A DNA stretch of 64,000 bases from Octopus vulgaris. Taxonomy: Eukaryota. Under the pieces are notes generated by a model. It saw nothing but the letters and a program-made list of their open reading frames with translations. It ran no database searches and was not told the DNA's origin. The translations under genes were made by a program, and so were the position numbers. Below, piece by piece: positions 54,763-64,000 of this stretch; the first letter of the stretch is position 1, and every line of letters begins with the position of its first letter. The stretch spans positions 1,302,001-1,366,000 of the forward strand of contig OX597836.1 of NCBI GenBank assembly GCA_951406725.2. Direction: 5' to 3'.

Positions 54763-55769
54763 TTAATATTATTGTTATGATTATTTCATAGTGTTAACGT
54801 TAACAGTTGTGTTTTCACTTGCCTCCAAATATTTTGATTTTCAAACAAGAACGACTGAAGAAAAAAATAAACATTTTTGAAAATATTGTTTTCAACTCGA
54901 GAACATTTCCTCCCATTACGGGCGAAGGCTTTTGGTTTTTGACATAATTCTATTTTTGAAATTCTGTTTAGATTTCAACTCATTCAAGATGGATTCTCGG
55001 AGAGAAATGTCAAGGCAATGTTTTAACGCAAACATCTAAACATCAAAGAATGGTTCTACATCAAAGAACAGAAAAGATAAAGGCTGGAAAACATTGTACA
55101 TGGGAAATAGTAGTTCAGCAATTAAAAGCGTTAATTTGAATAATTTAAACGTTACTCTTAATAGCAACGACACACACATAGAGAAACACACAAGGGAATT
55201 TTATTAGATGCAAAAAAAAAAAGGAAAAAAAAAAGGGCCGGCTAATTTTAGAGACTGCAAAGTGTTGTTACGAGCAATTTGCACGGAATAATCAACAGAT
55301 TTTCGTTAACGTTGCCAGCCATAAAACGAACCGAATACGAGTGACCTGGCAGTGAAAATAACTCCGTGGCATGGAATGGTGACCAACTACTACTAGGATG
55401 CAAGCGCTTTCTAAGCCATTCGGAAAGCTCACGAGCTATTTGCATATTTCGTTACGGAGCACATGGAAGGGGAATGTGGTCAGGAAGGTGGAATACACTG
55501 ATCGAACACAATAAGTAGATCTTAATTCGTTCTTGGGTCGGATTGGGCGCTTTTCTCTATTTTATGCGTCTAAATTAATTACATTGTTCATTTATAAATA
55601 TTCAATAAATAATTTTGTGCAAATTTCAAAAAACCTAAACTGTATAATGTCTTGGCCTCAGCTTCCCATTCTATTAGATTTTTGACATTGTAACCTCGTC
55701 TGTTTTAATAACATCTTTGAATCCAGAAAGCTTGTATGAATTCGCTTGCATCAGTTGTTTCGGATCTTT

Positions 55770-55910
55770 ATAAACTGAGTTCAAATCATAGAAAAGTGAA
55801 CTATGCCAATGATCTTTTAGGGGTCGAGGAAATACATCCCAGCTGAACTCTGGAGTTGATGACACTACAGCTTTCTCCCCAAATTTCAGGCCTTTTGTAG
55901 AAAGGATTAT
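55770..55910 (+). mobile_element. Degenerate SINE family A
   Basis: CTGAGTTCAAATC...GGGGTCGA...CCCCAAATTTCAGGCCTT...GTAGAAAGGATT. Confidence 0.65.
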
Positions 55911-56345
55911 TATTAAATTTCAGGCCGAGTATTCATAGTAGATTTATTAAGGTTACGAGCTAACAGAATGTCAGTGTCATCGATTACCCCCACCCCCACC
56001 GCCTCCCTAGGTCCGGGCCTTATGCTTATTGTAGAAAGATTTGTTGTTCTCGCTATTATCTATTGTAATCTGCGCAACGATCCCGTTATATTCTACAAGT
56101 GTGTATATACTTTCAGAAACACATTTACACTCTGTATACATCTATGTTCATCCATTGAACCCCAGATCGAAATATTGAAATAACAAACAAAAGTGGTGCT
56201 CCAGAATTATGACCCTCTGCAAAAAACTACCGGCCAGTTTGTATGACCGAACCTCATGTCTAAGATGTATAAACCTGTCTGAACCTGTTTCTTCAAGACC
56301 ACTGGGATTCTAATGGCAACATCAGTATTGAAGAAGAAGCTGGTA

Positions 56346-56612
56346 ACATTATTTACATTTGACGGATATTTGTCCTCATCTTGTTTGTTGTTAACTCAAC
56401 GTTTCGGATGATATACCCTCTAGCTTTTATCAGGTGTCTTGGGGAAATTTCGAACCTGGGTTCTAATTCTTAAGCTATTTTTAGATGTTATTATTATCAT
56501 TATTATTATTATTATTATTACTATTACTATTACTATCCAGGTCACTGCCTGGAATCGAACTCAGAATCTTGGGATTAGTAGCCCGCGCTCTTAACCACTA
56601 CGCCATATGCCC
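56346..56612 (-). mobile_element. tRNA-headed SINE (family E) with internal (AAT)n and hammerhead-like tail
   Basis: Minus strand: A box TGGCGTAGTGG (56595-56605), B box GAGTTCGATTCC (56551-56562), (AAT)n linker, then GACAC-CTGATAA...CC-GAAACGTT-GAGTT. Confidence 0.75.
56393..56438 (-). ncRNA. Degenerate minimal type I hammerhead ribozyme-like motif
   Basis: CTGATAA (canonical CUGAUGA with G8>A), ~21-nt stem II region, GAAA, palindromic ACGT stem III, GUU triplet, stem I GACAC/GAGTT with 1 mismatch. Confidence 0.5.
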
Positions 56613-57066
56613 TTGGGAAGAAAGAAATTTTGGTGAAAGAATCTTGATTAATAATGTCGTCATGTAAAAAATTGAAGGAAATTGGTCATTCTTGGTGAAG
56701 AAGAAGAAAGCATTCGATTTTGTTCCCGACTCGTGGATGCTAAAGACCTTTCGCCTTGCTAAAGTTTCAGGCGCCATTTTGAACGCCCTACACAGCAGGA
56801 CTTCGCTTTTTTGATGTTACACATAAGAAGTGACATTCTTGTCACCGATAGAATACAGCGTGGCACAAGAATATTTCGAACAGCAAAATTCTCTTTGTCT
56901 CCCTGCGATGCTGTTTGTATTTTCATTTAAACCCCTACCCTTTGTCTGAGGAACGTCTAAAGGCTACGACTTTGGCTCGCGTATATAAGATTACATTTTA
57001 AAATGTAATTATATACACACATACACGCAAATATCACGTACATACATGCACATACACACACACGCG

Positions 57067-57106
<40 letters not shown>

Positions 57107-57500
57107 TGTATGTATACACATACATATATATATATTTAGTGAGAGAGAGAAGGAGACAGACTGACAGAGTGTTAGTTTGTAATGTGTGTGAATACATGTA
57201 CCTTTGTATGTAGGCAGATCTGTATAAAGTAGAAATGTGTGGTGTACTTCATCAGTAACAATTGTTAGACGAAATAAATAGATAAAAGGCCGAACAGATG
57301 ACTAATCTAGACGCTCTCTTCCTTTCCTTCTTTCTCTTCTTCCCTCTTTCTCTTTTTCCCTGTCTCGCTGTCTAATCAATTGTTAATGGTATGGATAAGG
57401 GAGATAATTAACACCCCCCTCTTCATCCTCCTCTACCGCCCTTCTACACTTCTCAGTCGGAAAAAGGATTAGGTATTCTTTTAGATCTATTATAGATAAT

Positions 57501-57533
<33 letters not shown>

Positions 57534-57563
57534 CGCATACATATACATGCATCTTCAAATACG

Positions 57564-57605
<42 letters not shown>

Positions 57606-57999
57606 CATAGATATATACACTATATATATATATACACATACATAAAATACATCGTATGTGCTTGGAAATGTAAGTATGCATATATATATACATACGGATG
57701 TATCTATGTGTGTATGTGTGTGTTTGTGCGCATGTGTAAGTGTTCGTATTTCTGTGGAAGTTTGCCAGATCGATATCTTGAAAAGTTGCACAATATTTTT
57801 TCCAAAGTATAATTTTCTGTATATCACATTTATATATATTCGAAAATGGTTTTATTTCTACATTAAAAACACGAGCCCAAATTTCTAATTTTTGTGAACT
57901 TCTTTGAAATTCTATATTTTAATCATTAAAAATTACGATTCCCCCAACCCCATCCCCGAGACATTTTTAGAAAATCAACTTAGAATACATCGCTTCGTC

Positions 58000-58500
58000 C
58001 TAACATGTTCCCACTCTCTCACTTTCACCTTTCTTTGCCAATGAAGAGGTTCTGCTCAGGACAGCATTAACCCCGGTTTGGAACCACTTCATACGCATGC
58101 CTCAAACCGGCCTCTTCCGTCAGCTCCTGTTTGCGGAGTTAGTCTCAGGCACCAACCACGCAGAACCACCAAATTCTGTTTGCGAGACCAGCTCAAGGCC
58201 AATCTCTCCTGCTTCTCCATTGATGCAAATGTCTGGGAGACAATTGCCGAAGACTACCTAACCTGACGACATGCCATAGTCGAACGAACGGACCTGATGG
58301 AAAATAACAGACGCCAGCGGCAGAGGTCAGACGTCGAAGTCACAAAGGGCGACTCGCACTTCATCGCTCCACCCCATCGACTCTCTACGGCAGTAAGTGC
58401 CCTCAGCTCTTTTATACTTGCTCTTGGCCTGAACATTCACCTCAGACACCGGCCCTCTCCGCGCCCGTCACCATGAAGAGGCTCACTCACTTGCTACGGA
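58000..58500 (+). mobile_element. RTE-clade LINE C-terminal fragment
   Basis: NEEVLLR...HFIRMPQTGLFRQLLFAEL...LRDQLKANL...WETIAED...ALGLNIHLR (RTE C-terminus with C2H2-like remnant). Confidence 0.8.
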
Positions 58501-58877
58501 GCTACTGCTCGGCTATGGATTAACGCCGCTCAGCATTTCGTCCGGCATGCTTAACGCCTTATCTTTATTCCTAATATTGAGAGGACGCGATCGAATCAAT
58601 CTCGCTCTTACTTCTGCCTCCCGTTTTAGTTGAGGTTAAACACACTTTCTACAACCGTTGTATTGGAGAACTTATTTGTAGATCGTAATCAGTTCCTGTC
58701 TATTCTGATTCATCAACTTCATTATGAACCAGCAGGAAATATGTTTCTGCTGTCGAGTGCTATCGGTTTGTACCGATCCTTCCTCATCTATCCCCCCCCC
58801 GCATTTTAGATTGATCAGGCAAAGCGAAAATGAGAGCTGGAAAAGATGCCTGTCGAAAGCAAAAGATTATTGCAGGA

Positions 58878-59060
58878 TAATCTTTAGAAGGTTTCCAATA
58901 TTACTACACAAGCGGGAAAATCCTTTAATCTTTTGAAGGTTCCGAGCATTGCTAAATAAACGGAAAACTCATTAATCTTCTACAGGTTTCCAATAATGTC
59001 AGGTTCACAGAAAATCTTTAATCTTTTGAAGTCTCCCAGTATTCTTAGATACACATGTAC
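58878..59060. repeat. Diverged ~47-bp minisatellite, 4 units
   Basis: TAATCTTT(A/T)GAAGGTTTCCAATATT...GAAAA recurs every 47-48 bp. Confidence 0.75.
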
Positions 59061-59681
59061 ATATGGCAATATAAGAGCTTTCCAGGATTGTCATAGGTAG
59101 ACGGTCCAAGTGATCGTGGATCGTGTGTCTAACCCGATCACCGTTTTTGTGAAGAATTCTCGAAGAATTTGTTTCGATGATATTTCGTTTTGCACTTGGT
59201 TCCTGTTATTTTCGTGATTCATATATTGTGAATGCAAAATACTTGTAAGCATAGAAAAGGCAAAACTGTAGCGAGAACCAGAATTTCTTTTTCGAACACC
59301 AAATATAATTCCTTAGATTCACTCAACATATTCCTCATAGACGTTAAATAAAGTTTATTAGTTGTATGTAATTACTTAACATATCTCAACCGTAACTAAT
59401 ACTTGTTGCATCAAGTAAATACCATTTCAAAATCTTATTGGAATGCATTTCTCTGGCTAAGAATTCCTTCTTCGTTTTGCTTCCTGCTAACCATCTTTTG
59501 GTCGAAAAGGGAAATGGTTTTCAATGCTGCTCTGCCTTCGTTGATTCATTTATGTTTCCATCTGAAGAATTCTTGCACCGCTGATCTGTGGAACCGGTTA
59601 GAAGTTGTTCTAAGCAGAATGCTGGTGTTCGGAGTTAACTATTCAGTATCAGAGGAACCTGCTATAACGAGAGAGCGAGAG

Positions 59682-59749
<68 letters not shown>

Positions 59750-59884
59750 CGAGAGAAAAGAGAGATTCAAGTCTGGATTATCTGATTTCATTAACGCGTA
59801 CAGAGGATTAATTGTTATCGATAAAAAGGTTTTAGGCTTCATCTGATGCCAGAGTAAAAGCGTCTTTAATATTAGTTTCTGGAA

Positions 59885-60680
59885 AGGCGGTGAGCAGGAA
59901 GGATCGTTAACGTCTGGCGAAATGCTTAGCAGGATTTCGTCTGCCGTTACGTTCTGAGTTCAAATTCCGCCGAGGTCGACTTTGCCTTTCATCCTTTCGG
60001 GGTCAATGAAATAAGTACCAGTTACGCACTGGGGTCGATGTAATTGACTTAGTACCTTTGTTTGTCCTTGTTTATCCTCTCTGTGTTTAGCCCCCTGTGG
60101 GCAATAAAGAAATAAATATTAATTTCTAGAAAGGCGGTGGGCAGGCAGGATCGTTAGTACGCCGGACGAAACGCTCAGCGGCATTTCGTTCGTCTTTATG
60201 AACTCAGCCAGGATCGACTTAGTTTTTTACCCTTTCGGGGTCGATTAAATAGATACTAGTTGAATACTGGGATCAATGCAATCGTCTTAACTCCTTCCTT
60301 GAAATGGTTGGCCGTTTGCCAAAATTTTAAACCAATAATAATTCCTTCGCGGTATTTCTTGAGGCTCTTTGCGTTCTGAGTTCAAATCCTTTGCTTTTCC
60401 ATCAATAAAATTCGATCCTCTCTAGACCTGCCCCTCCACTCAAAATAGCAGTCCATGCCATTCATGTTGAAAGCATATTAACCCTACATGAAGGCGTGAG
60501 GATCGTTAAGGTGCCGGACAAAGTGCGGAGCGGTATTTCTTCCGACTCTTTACATTCAATTTAAAATCTGTCGAGATCAACTTCACCTTTCATCCTTCCC
60601 ATATCGATTATATGAAAATTGAGGATGATTTGATTGATTGACTCTCTCCACCAAATTCCTGGCTTTATGTCTATTTTAGA
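59885..60680 (+). mobile_element. Cluster of 3-4 co-oriented SINE family A copies
   Basis: Young copy at 59885-60114 and older copies at 60132, ~60370 and 60492. Confidence 0.88.
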
Positions 60681-61885
60681 AATATCAATCTCCGCATCAC
60701 TCAAGAATTTTGCCGACTGCATATAACTGCTCAACGGTTGTTTTTTTTTTTTCTAAGAGGAATTAAGGCAGAAACTGTGAAGCCATTTTATTTTGTCGTT
60801 ATTGTAATATCTAATAAATAAACGTAAATACTTTTCACAAGCAGTACCAGTTTGTTGGCCAATATCATTCAGAAGTTTGTCAACATTCTGTACTTTCGGT
60901 TTTGACATTTTTGTATATAATTTCATATAAGCTGCAACTGATGACGAAGGCAATTTTATATTTAAAAACTATAAAAAAAAAATCCGAAATGAGTGAGATA
61001 ATTAACACCCCCCTCTTCATCCTCTATGGATCTATCATGGCAACCTACAAATACGATTAACTGGAATTATAATTCTGCTAATTTATTATTTTGATAGTGC
61101 GAAAGTAGTGGGGAATGTGAAGAAAAATTTAGAGTTTTCGAAAAATATCCTCTGCGTATTTCTCTCAGCTCTTTAAAAGTTATTAGTTCAAATCCTGACG
61201 CGGCCAACTTTCCTTTCATTTCTACAGGGTCGATACAACATGGCACCGGTCAAGTGTTAGCTTCAAAAACAAAAGGGTGCCCAAATACAAAATCTGAATT
61301 ATGTGAGAAGGCCTGCAAGATATAGTGACGCAGCAAAAGTAATGCAACTTAATACCTGCAGATTGAAGGGAAACACAATATTGGAAAATCAGCCAATCCA
61401 ATGACGCATTTACTTGCAAATACCTCCCAGTTTTCTACAGCATATATATATATATATATATAGCTTGATTTACGCGTTCGCCACCACAACTTCGTTTAGA
61501 TTTAGCAGACCTTCCTGTTTGTTTTCACAGTCCTGTTTGTGTTACCAGTTTTGACCCTCCGCAAAAATACCACATTTTATTCCATTTGCTTTGTGGGAGC
61601 AACTGTTTTATCGAAAGCATATATTGTTGTTAAATGCTCGAAATACGAGATTAGAAAAAACAGTCAACAACTGATGAAAGGTCGTTCTTTATGTTGTTTG
61701 TTTTGTTTTCCATTTGTGTCTTTCGTTCTTCGAAAAAAGTTCATGTTCCATGTAATCGTGCTTCGTACGTTTCGTGACGTCCTCTGCCCACATATTCATA
61801 TATATACGTATAGACATAAGTATGCACATATACGTATGTATATATGCATACAAAGATTATTTATATTATATTATATTATATATAT

Positions 61886-61926
<41 letters not shown>

Positions 61927-62181
61927 CATAGATAGATGACTAGATATTATATGTATATTTTCATATGTATGCGTGTATGAACATATGTGTGTGAGTGAGT
62001 GTGTATGTGTATATGTATGTATATGTATGTATGTATAAAACTGTTTTAATGTTTTTAAAGCCAAAATCATGCAAATTAGCAAATTATGACAAAATTAATA
62101 ATACAGATCGGTGGTTTTAAAAATGAATATTTAAAACATCTATATGTAAGGCAATGGTTCATGGAACCATTACATTACTCA

Positions 62182-62233
<52 letters not shown>

Positions 62234-62249
62234 TACGTCTATATGTATT

Positions 62250-62294
<45 letters not shown>

Positions 62295-62865
62295 GTATAT
62301 ATAGATATGTGTATGTATATGTGTGTGCATGTATAGATAGATAAAGAGATAGATAAAGGATTCAGTTTTTTTTCTTTTCTTTTTATATTACTGTGAACTC
62401 GATTAAAATTAACTGAAGAAGTTACTCAGATATACTCAGCCAAATGAGATGAGCTTCGAATCTGAGTCTGTTGAGCACCTACTCCCGAGTTTCTGTTTCT
62501 CGATTCGCAGCTACCTACACAAACATATATGTAGAGGAGCGGGGGAGAAAAAGAGGAAGAGTTTTATAAAGAAATATATAACTGTACAAATAAATAAATA
62601 AATAAGGAGACGGATATATATACTGGGAGAGAAGTTGGTGTATGTTTGTAAGCGTGTGACAACTTGTTTACAATTCGTGAAATATGCAATGCTCCATTAC
62701 GTCTCAAATGAGGCGTATCCGGCAGAATCAATTATTACTGTTCTCCACCCATCATTAAGTGTATTGCCTACTCTTCCAGCCACTCTGCGTTTTGGCACCC
62801 ACACAACAAAACAACGAAACTGATAAACGCTCCAGTACGGAACTCGATGCACATAGCGCGACCGT

Positions 62866-62936
62866 CACCACCACCACCACCACCACCACCACCACCAGCT
62901 ATTACCATCATCAGCTTCAGCACTACCACCACTAAC

Positions 62937-62996
<60 letters not shown>

Positions 62997-63090
62997 GCTA
63001 CTACTATTGACACTATTGACACCAACTAGGCCATGCTGACAACCACCACCACTATCACTACCACCACCAATTACACCACCGCCAACGCCA
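62866..63090. repeat. (CCA)n/(CTA)n trinucleotide runs
   Basis: Direct inspection. Confidence 0.9.
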
Positions 63091-63784
63091 CCATTAACAA
63101 CGTGCCAATCTGATCTCGACTGAGTGGAACTAAAACCATTCGTCAATAACAAAAAAAAAAAGCAAAAAATAAAACGAGAAAAGCAAAAACAAACAAAAGA
63201 TAGCCTCAAAAGCATTCATAATTATCAGTGAGTCGTTGTATTCGCTACATTAAATTTGGCCGCTTATATATTTTATCGAAATTAACGAGATTACGTCGTC
63301 TGCCATTTTCTGTTGTTTTGTTTTTCTGTATTTTGTGTCGCCTCCTGTTTAGAATTTACTTAAATAATTTCTGTAAATCTTAATGTAAGATACTTAACGT
63401 TTATAATTAAATCCGTTTGGTGTTTTTATTTGTCGCTAGAAATACGGCAAACAAAAGTGCATTGAATCCCATCTTAAGATTTTAAAGAAAATACGGGATG
63501 GTTACGTTTGGAATATCCTTGTCCATGAATGTTTTGAATGAAGGCTAAACAAGAACGAGAGAAATATGAATAAATTCACTCAGGATTGGATCGAATTAAG
63601 GGGAGGGGGAAAAGAATGTTGTTTCTCTTTGTTTTTGTTAACAGGATGTAGAGAGAACCCTTGATCACTCACTCACACCCATATATACTCACTCGGTAAA
63701 GACCTAGAAGCGAAACGCTCTGCATATTCCAAAACTGTTATGCATAAAGTGTTACCCGTCAACTACAAAACGAGACAATATTTC

Positions 63785-64000
63785 TTCCAAATTTGGAACA
63801 AGACTAGCAATTTTGTGTGGGGTGGGGACGTAAGTTGATTAAATCGACCATAGGGCATAACAGGTACTCATTTTGTCGCCCCCGAAATGATGAAAGATAG
63901 AGTCAAACTCATAGGAATTTGAATTCAGGATGTAAAGGCGGACGAAATATTACGAGGCATTTTGCTCGGCATGCCAAAGATTCTGACAAATCATCATTTG
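63785..64000 (-). mobile_element. SINE family A
   Basis: GGTACTCATTTTGTCGCCCCCGAAATGATGAAAG...GAATTTGAATTCAG...GATTCTG. Confidence 0.8.

Noticed and set aside
56540-56612. Functional tRNA gene
   Set aside because: A and B boxes are present, but acceptor and T stems do not pair properly and there is no oligo-T terminator; it is a SINE head. The same applies to the heads of families A-C.
60753-60953. 66-aa ORF with faint RT-like wording (KLY...V...TG)
   Set aside because: Too short and lacking diagnostic motifs.

Overview
Repeat-saturated, AT-rich animal DNA, either intergenic or a large intron. I infer a coleoid cephalopod, probably Octopus, from the extreme (TA)n/(CA)n/(TACA)n/trinucleotide density and the tRNA-headed SINE families. 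No intact host gene, rRNA, true tRNA or CRISPR array can be supported, and almost all supplied ORFs are microsatellite translations. The window holds about 30 SINE copies from at least 4-5 families and decayed LINEs of four clades (RTE, R4/Dong-like RLE, Tx1/L1, CR1). It also holds a non-autonomous Helitron, two large fold-back palindromes, several minisatellites, and unique islands with developmental TF motifs. The most notable signal is a Pol III tRNA-headed SINE whose tail is a degenerate Penelope-type minimal hammerhead ribozyme (56346-56612, minus). A second hammerhead-like fold lies in a 75-bp-arm palindrome (35231-35427). Other highlights are microsatellite-anchored RLE retrotransposons, SINE multimers with a recurrent junction, and a ~98% identical 270-bp unique duplication carrying a Pbx-Hox site. 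All homology calls are by-eye motif recognition, and most element boundaries are approximate.
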